A stretch of 64,000 bases of DNA, from NCBI GenBank assembly GCA_051294375.1, contig CM119264.1, forward strand, positions 2,166,481 through 2,230,480, read 5' to 3'. Positions within the stretch are counted from its first letter, which is position 1; each line of letters begins with the position of its first letter. Source of the DNA: Paraspadella gotoi. Its lineage: Eukaryota > Animalia > Chaetognatha. The notes below the pieces were generated by a model. It ran no database searches and was not told the DNA's origin. It saw only the letters and a program-made list of their open reading frames with translations. Both the position numbers and the translations under genes were made by a program. This document shows, one piece after another, positions 50,351-63,800 of this stretch.

Positions 50351-53300
50351 ATGGGGCGGTACACGGGTAAGACCTGCAGGCTGTCGTCGATGCTGCTATT
50401 GACAACGACCTACTTCCTCGTGGAAATCATCGTCGGATACGTCACCAACTCCATGGCGCTGGTCGCCGACTCCTTCCACATGCTCTCCGACGTCATCGCC
50501 CTCGTCATCGGGCTCTTCTCAGTTAGGGTAAGTATTCAGTAGTTAATACTGAAAAATATATTGATGGTTGAATTTGGATGTGACTAACTGACTTCTACAA
50601 GTACAAGACTGAGTTGAAAAATTGAAAAGAAATTTGCAATAGCATTTCCATTTTTAACTTAGATATCAAAGAAGAAGACAGCGAAGAACACTTTTGGTTG
50701 GGCGCGAGCTGAAGTATTGGGAGCTCTGGTCAACGCTGTATTCTTGTTGGCCTTGTGCTTTTCCATTTTGGTTGAATCCATAAAAAGGATTGCCGTCCCT
50801 GAAGGAATCGAGAAGCCAGTATTGCTCATCACTGTCGGGACCGTGGGACTTATCATCAACTTGGTTGGCCTTGTAATACTTGGATGTAAGTTAATAGGCA
50901 AAAATTTTTGTTGAACCGTTGAATGATGAATCATTGATGATGATCAATGATGAATCATTGATGATGAAAGTTTGGTTTTTGTTTAAAGTAATTCACTAAA
51001 TTTTTAGCCACTGTTTCAATTTTATAAACGGTTTAAAAATTTACTATTTAGGGCCATATAGGCTATATTTTAGCTTTTTGGGAGAGTAAGACCGAGGTCA
51101 AAGAAAGTTATTTATTTTTTTTTGCATGCTTTTTTTATTTCTTGTAATTCATTAATTGGTACGGTAGTTTATTTTTTATAATTTTGTTAATCAATATTTG
51201 ACTTAAGCATTAATTTTTTTAAACATTGATTTTATTTAGCCTAATCAGCCAATGGTACATATAGACAATACTAATTTTTACGTTATCTTTAAAGAATTGA
51301 TTTATATCAAATCAAATAATTGATTTAATTCGATGTTGACAGTCTACTAAAAATATATCTTTTTAGCTCACGGTCATTCTCATGGAGGTGGAAGTCATGG
51401 ACACAGTCATGGAGGTGGTGGTAGTCACAGGTAGGTTTTTTGTTTTTTATTATAAGCAATTTTTCATCTTTGTATATAACTAATATTATAATTTAAACGA
51501 ATACTTCCTAATTTTTACTCAGTCATGACCACGAGGAACCAGAAGATTCTCACGGACACAGCCATGGACCTAAAGGGTAAAGAAGAGAAGTTTTAATGAT
51601 GATTGTTACGGAAGTTGTCTCCCAGCAATTTCGTTTTATGAAAAAGATTTAAATTTCAATGAATTATTTATTTTTTACTTTTAGTCATGGCCACTCGCTG
51701 AACAAGAACGGTACTTCAAACTTCAGTGATCTTCAGACAATCACTCCCATCGCGTACGATATGTACTCAAGCAAACATGCTCCGAAAAATGGTCTTGAGG
51801 TAGGCGTTTTGCCATATGTTTATAAAAATATTTAGAAACCTTACAACTGTCGGTTTTTATATTATGACATGATACATCATCTTCCTCTTGAATTCAGGAG
51901 TGTCTGGAAAATCTTCCAGATGAGAAACTCCCATTTACATCCACGCATGATGATAATAATCTCTTAACTCCCCTCAATCCTCCCCAACACGCAGATGTAT
52001 GTCTCTTAATCCTATTCATGGATATCATTTTGTTAGAAGCTTATTTGAACATGTTTTAAACTCATAGCTCATTAGATTATTGTATGGTGCCATGGTTTTT
52101 GTTTGTTTTTGACTAATTAGTATTAAACAAAACAGAATCAAAATCCTAGAAAAAAAAATCACGTTCAAGCTTCAATTCATTAACTATTCGAGTCCTTATT
52201 TATGTCCTTTAGTGTGTATTTTTTTTTAAATTTATATTCTTTCTTCTTTCGTTAAAATTAATATTTTGTTCGACCTACGGTCTCAGGGGCGAGTTGAAAT
52301 CCATATTCTTGTCAATCTTGGATAACAATTCTAGTATCAACGTAGCTTTGGTTGAACGTAGTTTTCTGCTGTTTTTTTAGTTACAAGATTATCTTCTGAT
52401 TAAACCGTATTGTCCGATATTTGGGAACTTCACAAAAAAAATTTACGTTGGATATAAAAAAGGAAGTTTAGTCATCTCACTTTGCATCCGTTTTCAACCC
52501 TAGCCCTGTTTGTGTAAAAAATCTTTCTTAGGCCTAGAAAATATTTTGTCGCAAGATTATATTATTGGTGGTTTCAGATTAACTGCGACAATGATTTCAA
52601 TATTTAATCTTAAATCTTTTTCAGGTGACCGTTGCTGTCAGGGACTCTTCTCAGGAACTAACCGAGAGAAAGAAGCCAAAAGCATGTAAGACTTAGGATC
52701 GCGTTTATTTTTATATTTTCTTCTTATTTAGAAAGAGTTTGAAAATTTTATTTCAACAACGATTTGTTTATTCCTTTGAAATACACAAATCGTTGTTGAA
52801 ATAAAATTTTCAAACTCTTTCTAAATACTTATTACACAACGAAAGAAAGGATCCAATACAATATATTTTCTTCATGACAAATAAAACCTAAAATTTTTAT
52901 CCTAGCCTCATCGGCTCAGATGAACATGAGAGGCGTAATACTTCATGTCTTGGGAGATGCTCTTGGATCCGTTGTCGTTATCATATCCGCCGTCATCATG
53001 TGGCAATTGGAAGGTGAGTTTTAAGTATTATTAATAACTTGCGTATTTCCCTATCTAATCTTAAGTTGACCCCACTGAAACTTTTCTTCCACTACACAGG
53101 ACAACCTTGGACTCTTTACGTGGACCCCGCCATGTCAATTTTCTTGACCGCCATCATCCTGTCCACTACAGTTCCTCTACTCAAAGAGTCCGCGCTTATC
53201 CTTCTTCAAACCGTTCCCACTCATATTGAGGTATCTTTCCCTTTCATTGATACCGTTTATTTTTGAATAAAGCTCTCGGTTCTTCCCTCGCCAATTTTCA

Positions 53301-56300
53301 GGTAGAAAAAATTAAGGAGCGACTTCTCGACAAAATCGAGGGAGTTATGGCCGTTCACGAATTTCACGTTTGGCAATTGGCGGGCAATAGAATCATCGCT
53401 TCAGGTCGGTGTGATTGATTTGAACTCGAGTCGCAGAAACCAGTGCACTTGAACTTACCTCCCCTCACCCCAATAACGATTATCTCAGCTCACATTCACT
53501 GTCGCAACCTGAGCGAGTACACCCGGATCGCCGAGGAGGTGAAGGAGTTCTTTCACAACGAAGGAATTCATTCCACGACCATCCAACCGGAATTCCTTGA
53601 AGAATCGGAGAAAAGCTCAATGGCGGATTGCATTCTCGAATGCAAACCGGCGCAATGTGGCCCTTCAATGTGTTGCGGCGCAAAGGGAACCTTGAAGACG
53701 ATCACCGCCATCGACATGGACGGGTGAGCTTTCACATTTATCAAAATTATTGAATAGTTACCTGGTAACTACACGAACTTAATAGAAGGACTAAATGTGT
53801 GAAATCCTGTTATTCGTGAAGGCTTTCATACAACGGTGCATAGGGGATGAACTTTGATTTTTTTTATTATAATTGTTATCACAAAAAAAATCAAGTTATC
53901 TGCCAAGGTTCAACTAGTTCAATTATCTAAAAATCAGGTTGCCAGACTGTGTTCAAATGTTAAATATTTATGTAAATCTTGTTAGTCTCGTTTTTGCTTT
54001 ATCAGAAGTTACCGTGTTTTCAATATCGAAACAAAATCTTCAGGTTTGATGACGACAAGACTTTACAGATTGTCAGAAAGCCATTTTATTTTTTTCAAAA
54101 ATTAAGTAGATATCAACAATAAGATTATTTCTAATTTTAAAATTGTTATAAAAATATAACGTTGACAAGGGCTTTCTGGCACTCTACTCGACATATTGAC
54201 GTATTGACTGGGGCTGCCGTGTAAACTTAGCTTTAGTCAATTTCCCTTCAAGTTTAAGAGCATGATGATTTAAAATTCGTTCTAAAATCCTTTTTTTAAA
54301 AAAATATCTAAATATACCCATCGAATCCTTCGCCAAGACCCCTGAGCTTCACCGCTCGCCGCCGACGATCCTCCGTACTTCACATCTCCGACGCTCTCGT
54401 CAACCCGTACTCCGCCGGGCGTTGCCGGCGCGGTTCCCTCTTGGCTCCCGGCGCTTGTCCCTCCTCGCGCCTCTCCCCTCTCGGCGGTCCTTCCCTCGCC
54501 AACGGCGCCGGTCATCGGCGTCGATCCTCCATCGCCGCCGGCGTCATCGCGGCTCACGGCGTGGCCGGCGGCGTCGCCAACGGAGCCTTCGCTCCGGGCG
54601 AGTCCTCTCCGTTTCCGCCTCGTTTGGACGAAGTGGAGGGAGAAGACGATGAGAAAGAAGAAGATTCTCGCAGATCTTCCTCAACGGCCGATGGTCGCCC
54701 AACTTATTTTCTTTTTTTTTTAGAAACCGAAAACGAAAATCCTCTTCCGACTTCCTTCTCTATCTTTTTCACCTTTTTCACCGGGAATTACCTTTTCTCG
54801 TAACTTTAGTCCCAGCCTCTCCCCCTTCTCTCCGCCCCCCCCCAAAACCAAAAAAAAAACCTCACCCAAATTTGACGTACACGTCTCGCGCACTTTCGAT
54901 CCTTTGCACTTTTTTTAAACCCTTGTTCCTTTTCCGTGACACCTCGTACCAGTTTCGGTTGTGCCTACGTAGGTTTTTGGACTCCCGTACCCCCTCCCCC
55001 CCGCTCTTTTTGGGGACGGTTAAACGCCTTCGTCATCTTCGTTAAATCGACCGGGACGCGCGAGAGAAAATCGTCGTCATTAAGGAGATTAACCATTAAG
55101 AAGCGGGTTTAAACCTCTTAATGATCCTCTTTTACAAACTAAGGAAAAGGGTCGGTGGAGGGTTTTTCCTTACGCGAAAAGAATGACATGAAAGAAAGAG
55201 TGAAAAACAAACAAACAAAAGAAATAAAAACAAACCTTAATTTAAACCCAGGGGTTCGTCGAAGAAAGTGACATTGCAGCGGTTCTTCTCCTCGCCTTTT
55301 CCCTGAACGACGAACTTAATTGGTAACGATTGCCGTCGTTTTGTCCCCCCTGGAAATTGCGAGTCTTGATTGGCGGAGAAAGGACTAACGACGTTTTGTG
55401 CCTTGGTTCTTAATCGGGGCAGTTTGCGTACTAATGCGATTCAATAATATTAATATACATGCAGTGGTTTTAAAGTCGCTTTAATTAAGGTTATTTTGAA
55501 AGATTTTCAATTTATTTTTATTTAGGTTTTTTTTTCTTGAGGATCTTGATATTATTTCGTATAGCTCTTGCTCTAAACTTTTGAAGATTTAACCATATTT
55601 AGGGCTCCCCTAACTATTCACTCCGTCTTTTTCTAAACCCTAATGACAAAGTAGTAACGTTGTTAAGATATTTAAAACCTGCAATATTTGTAAAGATTAA
55701 ACATTAAACACAAAAATTATTTTATTCGATCTCCAACCGATGATCTCTCTTCTGTCTTTAAAAAAAAATAATTTCTCATACTCGATTCACTTTCATTTTT
55801 AAAAATTAGCCCCCAAAAAGATAACTGGATCTCTTCTCTTTACATTTTCCCTTGAAAAAAAAAGTATTAGTCGAGACGTCTGCAGGGAGTCCATCCAAGT
55901 AAACTTATCCATCGATGAAAGAAGTTTTTTTAATGTTAAAAAAAAATGTATTATCGAATTGGTCGTATTTTTTATCAATTTTTAAATTCATTTAATCGTT
56001 TTCTCTTTTATCAGTAACTAAAGACAGAAAAACACCGACCAAAAAATATCAACAACTCTGTTGGTTTTGCGGTTTTTGGTTTCAATGCATTTTAACTTTA
56101 CTTGATCTGTTCACCGATCCTGCGTCTCTTTCCTTACCCGTTCCTCCTCCGCCCAAAATATATTTACTCCCTGGTCAGTGGTCACCCATCTGTTTTCCTT
56201 GTTTTCGCCGACTAATTTATTTTTTTCCGTTCCCCTTCCTCTCTCTTGCTCTCTCTTCCCCTTTCCCCTCCACATTTCGGTGAAACCGCTTTCCTTCTTT

Positions 56301-56519
56301 CCTCACTCACCTTCTCTCCTCCTTACCTGTCCTTTCCTTCTCCCCCCCTCCCTCCCCCCTAGGTCCACCCCCAACGTAATTCGCCATCGGGGTCACAGTC
56401 ACAACGCGTCCGACGCGTATCACTTTCCCAGCGACGCGCGTCATGCCGCGGGGGACTTTGAAGCGGACGCGGCGTCGGAGGGCGACGCGAGCGCCTGTTC
56501 CTGTTCTCACCACCACTAA
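50351..56519 (+). CDS. SLC30A1: Zinc transporter ZnT1-like (SLC30A/CDF), multi-exon, two candidate terminal exons
   Basis: SMALVADSFHMLSD, KNTFGWARAEVLGALVNAVFL, His-rich loop HGHSHGGGSHGHSH, NMRGVILHVLGDALGSV, YVDPAMS..LLQTVP, VHEFHVWQLAG, FHNEGIHSTTIQPEF, Cys-rich tail. HD/HD site A implies Zn type rather than the Asn-containing ZnT10 type. Confidence 0.93.
52725..52827. repeat. Perfect 43-bp-arm inverted repeat in a ZnT1 intron
   Basis: tatttagaaagagtttgaaaattttatttcaacaacgatttgt, 17 nt loop, then its exact reverse complement. Confidence 0.9.
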
Positions 56520-57928
56520 AGTCTTCAAGAACTTGAAATGGACTCGGAGGAGGGGGGGATTTCCACCCCCTCCCTTGTAGCCAATGCTTGGAAAGGAGTT
56601 GGCTCTATCGTTCCCTGACCCCTCGCCCCCAACCCGACCCTGTTTAACAATGAAATTAATACTGGTTAATACTGCTTTCGACCCCAGAGCGCGTTACCGA
56701 TTTTCGCGGTAAAAAAAAAAGAAATCTTTCCAGTTTTCCAGCGAATGAGCTCTCCATATTTCTTAATAGTTCTTAATCCAATCGGCACGCACTCACGGCA
56801 CTCACGGCACTCGGCCTATCCTCAAATCTTTTCCCACACCTCCACTTCGATTCCAGAACCCATACCATCCCCCACCTTCATCGCGAACTCTGCCGCCAGG
56901 GCCGTTCTCCATCCCAAGCAATTTCCCAATCAATCTACCCCCTTTCGTAATCTCGCGATTCCCCGACGCAGAACTAGTAACTTAATTGATAATTCATTGC
57001 TTGCCATCACTTTCCTGTGACGTTTTACCTGTTATCACTAATCTAATTTAAACAGCATTATTTTTTTTTTTGATTTTTTTTATTTTTTGTTGAAAGTATT
57101 TTAGATTAAAAGGAAATATGGCAGCTTTTGTATTAGATTTTAACATCTTGACCATCCCATTTATTCAATTCGTAGACTAGACACTAGCGGCTGCCTGATT
57201 CCCCCACCGTCTGTATTCCATTTTTTTAGGTTTCGTTGCGTCGAAAATCGAGATTCTTTGTTCTGATTTATGCATTCATTCGTCTTTTTTTTCTAATAAA
57301 TAATTAAATTAAAGAAGTTAACGATTGTAATTTTATTTCTTTTTGGAGAACGAATTAGTAGGTTGTCTTTTATGAACAAGATATTAAAAGTGCTACTGTT
57401 AGGTTTCATGTCAACTTAATTGTGATGAAATGGTTGTTATACTTTAATGAGAGAAGTTTTTTCAATATCCTTGTCGCCAGCAACTCATTGTTTTAAAACA
57501 AATTTGGAGCCATAATAGGTCGTTCCACTGTCTTTCTTACTTCTTCACTTGACTCTCAATTCTCAAAAAAGTGTGAATGTAAGAAAAAGGTTGAATAAAT
57601 CATTAAAAATACGAGTAATCAGCTTCTAGGTTCGATCCCCGACCGACGGGGCAACTCTTGATAAGTGATAGCGAATTCGCTTACTGTGAAGGTTTTTTTG
57701 ATCTTTCAGTGGCTAATTATCACTCGAATAAAAAAGTCAATGAATCTTTGTACCTTTTTTTTCATTTTTTTGAACCAAAAAAAAGGTGGCAACTATGGAA
57801 TGGAAGATCGTCACTCACTTCGTTTTTATGGTCGTTCTTTTAATTCATACAATGTTTGGTCATTGATTCAGGCTTAAAAATACAATTCAGGAGCAGCAAC
57901 CATAAAATTTTTACAATTTTTGATCTAG

Positions 57929-60549
57929 ATGGAAAATTCGGTCAATAAAAGACGATTTACTAGGCGGAAGTCTGCCAGAGGTAAGTTGTTTCTAAGATGA
58001 CTAACTTTTAAAAAAAACATTTTTAAAGATTAAATATATAAATATTGCTTATCACCATCAGAGGCAATCGAAGACAGCGATTTCGAGTCGAAATTAAAAA
58101 AGAACAAATACTCAATTTTATTTCTAGGTAAGATCAAAATCATAAAGAAACTTTGCACTTTTAACAAAACAGTATTTATATTAACTGATTATTAAATAAA
58201 GGAAAAGACGGCGTGGGAAAAACGGCCATAATAAATCGGTTTTTGAGAAACACTTTCGAGAGAAAATACGTACCGACGGTGGAAGAGACGCACTCGGAAG
58301 AATTCGTCATCAATGGCCAGAAAGTGCAATTGGATTTTATCGATACTTCAGGGGCTTACAGGTGAACATATTATGTTAAAATGGTCACTTTTGGCGGTTA
58401 TTTACAGCAGAATAGGTTCCTCTCTCTGCGGTACAATAGCACGGGCTCAGTTAAAGACTAAATAAAGCTTTACAGGCGAGCATGACGGTGTCGCGGCTTG
58501 ATTGCGAGGCGATCATGTTTCAGATTAACATGATGTAGTCAATGACTAGTCTTATTAATGCGGTCCGTTAATTATTATTAAGTTAAAAATAGAAATAAAT
58601 TTTCGGAAATTGTTTGAGAATATAGTATTTTATGTTTATTTTCAATTGTCGATTTTATTTTTATTTTGCGAATTGTATTTTCAATTTCAATCAACTTTAG
58701 CCCTTTTTTCGTAATTATTGCCACTCTTTCGACCTTTTGTTTTTTCTTCGCCTCCTTTCTAGTTTTCCCGCCATGCGGCGCCTTCGCATGCAGAGGAGCG
58801 ACGCCTTCGTTCTCGTCTTCTCTGTCGAGGACGAGATGTCGCTATCGTCGGTGGAGGCGGCGATCGAGGAATTGAAAGAGGCGCGTGACGAGGGGCGTGT
58901 CTCTAAACCCGTCGTCGTCGTCGGCAACAAGATCGATTTGGAAGAGGACAAGGTGGTTTCGGAATTTAGCTATGGATTGTAGGAAGTCTCAATGACTCAA
59001 TGTATGAAATTGGCAAAATATAAGAATTATCTTGTTCCTGACTTTGGACACTCTCCAATGGACAGGCTAAGGATGGTTACGCCTTGAGGTGTTTATAGTT
59101 TTTATTTAGATTTTAATGAATAACCAATATAAAAATTTTCCATTCATTTAATAAATAAACTGTCTTTGCCTTAATTTTTAGTCGAAATTGGCGGCGATCG
59201 AGTTGAATTGCAAATTAAGTTGGGGTCTAGGGTTCGTCGCCGTCTCCGCGAAAACCGACGAGAATCTCATCGGAATCTTCAACGAAATACTGGCAATGGT
59301 AAATGGCAAACATGTATGATAGTAAATAGCTAAGTGAAATGCCAAGTATAGTGACTATACCTAGATAATAAAAAATGGCGCAGATAATAGCAGACATGAA
59401 TGAAGAAAAATGGCAGACATTTGCAAAAAAAATTAACAAGGCTCTTGTAAAAAAAGTATGAAAAGATAAATTGTGAATTAGCGGCAATTCAGAATGAAAG
59501 GATCCCTTTGTTTTCTTAGGCGAACGTTGACCTGGTTATGTCCGACAATATCAGGCGACAAAGCTCGAATTTCAAATTATCGGGTTTGTTTTAAAATGAC
59601 TAATGATATAAAAAAAAAATTTTGTTCTATTACTGTCTTTTATTTTCTATTTTTATTTCTTTTAATTCTTTTGTATTTAATTTTTTCCCCATTTTTCTTA
59701 TCAAATTAATGAAAACCTAAAATACCGATGTACTTTTGTTTTCATTGATTTTTGCTGAACGACGAAACGAAACAACGAATCATTTAAATATATTGTATTC
59801 AGTATTGACTTTTCCAGAAAACGAAATCATCGCGATTCGTAGAAACGCGAATTCACAGAGACTAACCAAGTTACGCGGTAAATTGGCCAAGATACCGATA
59901 ATACGTCAATTCAGTCAAGACAGGGTAAGAGCTAATTTAAGTTAGTCATTAAACCTTGCTCACGATCACCGTCGTTAAAGGGCGACGCGCGATTGATCCC
60001 GGGTCCACCACAGGGGACATCTTGGAGCATCAATTCGTCGCCTGGCAACGCGTCGGGCTTTCTAAGCTTGGACGACGACGATGACGACGACGACGACAAT
60101 AACGCCCACTGTTTCCTGTCCCTTCCGTCGACGCCGGTTAATCTTTCGCCCAACCCTTCGCCACCTCCGTCGCCGATGCTTCTCCACAGTCACTATTTGC
60201 CAGTAACTTATTAACTAATCATAAATATTAACTTATCAATTATGTTGTTTTAGCGGTCAAAACGATAACAACTTATCAATTAACTTATTACAAATCAAAT
60301 GAAGTCGTCTTTTATTGTATTTGCCGTTACTTATTTATAATTTCGTTATCCCAGACGGAAGACACCGGCCGCCCAGAAATTGTGACGTCATCCCCAAATC
60401 CAGAGACGAACGACAAATTAAAAAGGGCGGCTCCCATGCCCAAGATCTCTCAGCGAAAACGAGGTTCCATGCCCGTCGTTTCCTCGACTTCGCTGGCTAG
60501 CGCCTCCACTGGCTATAAAGACCAAAAAAGCGAGTGCAAGATTTCTTAG
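57929..60549 (+). CDS. Ras-family small GTPase, RASD/Rhes/DIRAS-like, with long C-terminal extension and CaaX
   Basis: Spliced: LGKDGVGKT (G1), YVPTVEE (G2), DTSGAYSFPAMRRL (G3), VVVVGNKID (G4), VSAK (G5); phase-consistent exons to ...KSECKIS* (TAG 60547-60549). Confidence 0.85.
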
Positions 60550-60835
60550 ATGGCAATTTTTACCAGGGGAACATGGACGTGGCATGGCTATCTCGTATTT
60601 GGCCATATAATAATAGTATAGTTATTTAATAATATATATGCTACGCCTGATATTTTGTTCCTGATTGTGCCGCCAAACTAAATGCTTACTCAATGATTCA
60701 GCCAGAAAGTTTTGTGGTTCAACAATTAAAACGTACAAGTGCTTAAGATTGTCTTAGAACAACATAATTGATTTCTGTTTTTGCTTTCTTGAGTTGAGAT
60801 CCAAAGAAAATAAACAAAAATTTCATTCATTCTCA

Positions 60836-63800
60836 TCACTCATACTGCGTTTCAAAATGACCCAGAGACATCTCGACCATGTACCGCAAATGCCCCAAAA
60901 AATCACCTCCGAGGAGGAACGCCTTTCTACCGTACTTGACACCAATCGACCACCAATACATTTCCGACTTATCGTCGAACAGATCTTGGAGAGACAAAAA
61001 CCTTTTCTGCTTCACCAGAACTCGGGTCGATAATAAAGCAAAGACCGGAGCTGATTTCCCAGAGCAATAATCCGTAACCGTCGACGCAGAGCAGCCTGCA
61101 GCCGCGAATTGCGCGGCCGATTTGACTGTTTAAATCAATTTTACTCCAAGTGCAAGATGGAGTGTTGAAGCGGAATAGTTCGTCGGTGAACGCGTCATTC
61201 TCGGTCATTCCTCCGTAAATGAAAAGATCTCCGTCCCGATTGGCGCAGTGTGCCATGGCGTCGCGAGGCGACGGACGCCGTCCTCGCGTTTCAATCGATT
61301 CCCAGCGGCGTTCCTCGACGTCCAGGCGTGTCACTTGATTGTTTCTGAAGCCATCGTGGTCGCCGTTTGTATCAATAAATCCTTTCCACTTTTCCCCCGA
61401 TCCTCCGAAGAAATAAAGCGCCCCTCGCCATACCCAGCCTACGTGGCGGCTTCTTGGCGAGAGCAACGCCCCCTGGATTTCCAATTTTTTCCACACGCAG
61501 CTGACGAGATGTAATTCGAAGATGTCGTTGCTATCGTCACCGCCGAAGATGAACGCCGATTGACCGATGACTCCGTGAGCGGTATGTCGAGTTTCTTGCG
61601 GGACGTCGCCCGTTGTCCGGTGACGAACGAAGCGCCGACTCTCGGGATCGAAGCTGCAGACGATCTCCGGGTTCCGATTTCCTTGCCACAACCAAATTTT
61701 ATCGCCGTGGGCAAAAGCCACGCCCATGCTTGGGATACCCTTGTAAAATCCAAAACATTTTTAGATTTTTACTTGGTTTAATTTTAAGCAATTACACTTA
61801 CCTCGCCATTGACCTTAAAGAACAACGAGGGAATTACGGATTTCGAAAGCTGACTCAAGTCAATGAAATCGGAACAAAAGTGCGATAGGGATCTTTTCTT
61901 CGCCTCTCCTTCCTCTTCCTCCCCCAATACCTCGTCCCAAAAACTCGTCAGATTGTCCAGTAGGCGTGGCCGTATTTCATTCTCTGTCGACTTTAAAACT
62001 TTCAATATTTTTAGGAGGAATTCGTGGAGGTTTCCCGCTTCGAAAGCCGCGAAGACGATATCCTTTTCCTCTCGCCGCAACGAACTTTCTTCCACGAGTT
62101 CGTCGAAGGAAACTCCATCGAAACTCATCCTCCGCAGCCGCATCCTCTCCTCGTCTTCGAGCCTAATCGCGACGCGGCAGACGCTCTCGAAGTCTCCCTC
62201 GGTCAACTTGATCGAGATGTAAAACCTCAAACTCTGAATGGCCTTCGTGCCGAATTGAGAAAGACGCCGATGATCGCCGAATTTAACGACGAAAATCTGG
62301 AGAGCGATTGAAATGAGCGGGAGTCCGAGAACGAGGCCCGTGATTAGTCCCAAGCGATAGTCGACGCCTCCTTCGCTGACGTTGACGCTATAGACGCAGG
62401 ATCGATCGTCGCTGAGGAAAAACAACGCCGTCACTCCGGTTTGAATCACGATCAAGTTGACGTAGTTTAAGAGTTGATCGGAGATTCGATGCTCGGGTCC
62501 GCGCCTCAGCTTTTCTCCGCTTTCGTCCGTCCACGCGTGGCGTCGCTCGTCGTAAGAATCGATTCTATACTCCAAGAGCGCCACGTTGGAAATGAATCCG
62601 CGGTGGAGAATTTTGAAGAAGAGGGCGAGGAGTTTCTTCCAATCGAGAGAGGCGTGTCCGTCGACGATCGGCCCGCTTCGTCAAATGCCAGAGGTCAAAA
62701 GCGGCGCCGACGACCGTTTGCCATGCGATGCACGCCAAAGCCACGAATCTCCACGCGTCGTCGATGCTGCCGAACAAGAGGGAAAGAAAGAAAAGGCGGG
62801 AGAGGATGGCGGGTAACCTCACCGAGAAGAGGACGAGGTTGCCTAGCAACGTGGGCTCCCGACGAACGGGATTTTTCTTGATGACGCTCTTGGAGTAATC
62901 CCAGACTCTGAGACAGAGGCCGACCATCGAGGAGAAGGTGACGAGGCCTCGAAGAAAGTAGAGTTCGCTCCCGTCGAGAATCGTCCAACTCAGAACTGAG
63001 GAGCGTCTTCGTAAAAGGCTTCGCTGAACTGATTCTCGGAGATTTTGAGGAGCTCGTCCGAGAGTTTCGTTTCCGGCGATTCTGGAAAGTCGGGGTTCTC
63101 GTAGACTTCGGCGAGAAGTTCTTTCTTTCGCCACTCGGGGGAGCTCTCCTTGTCAGAGTGATTACCTCTTGTTAAATCTTGGATCTTTATCAACTCGAAT
63201 GCTATGAGGCATTTACGGATCAGAGTCAGAGGAATTAAAATGGGAAGGAATAAAAAAACGACGAGGTGAGCTAAACTTGCCGCAACAAAATTATCCTCAA
63301 CAATCTTCAAAAACTTCCAAGGAAGTTCCCGCTCGGTGTCTAGTTCCGTCGCGAATCCGTGAAACACGTAGTACCACAAAAGTTCTTTGGTGCCGAGCTC
63401 AATCGTTCGCACGACGAGCGGCAAAAACATAAAGAGAATCGTCAAACAAAAGAACAAGTTGGTGTCGAGAAGAGGCTCGCTAGTGCTACGCACCGTCGAA
63501 TCGTTGAACCCGGTCTCGCTCCGGTACATTTTTCTCACGGAATCGGTCGAATCGAGGACCATGACGCAACGATCGTCGTAGAGCCCATCTGCGTTGTTGT
63601 AATACTCGACCGCCAATGAGACGTCCGTCACGATGTCAAAGTAGAAGAAAATCACCATGACGACCGTGATACCGAATCTCGCGCGGCTCATGTGTGTCAA
63701 GTCGCGCCACCGGAGAATTTCACGAGGAACGGTGATCGTCACTTCCGGCGAGTTTAACCGTGAGTCGGTGATTTCATCCTCTATGTCGTCGTCGTTGTTA

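Noticed and set aside
57615-57655. tRNA gene (GGTTCGATCCC)
   Set aside because: Only a B-box-like T-arm; no cloverleaf can be built.
62990-62992. TGA after EDAPQF as selenocysteine or readthrough
   Set aside because: The same frame continues as non-XK sequence and stops again at TAG; the TM homology lies in a shifted frame.
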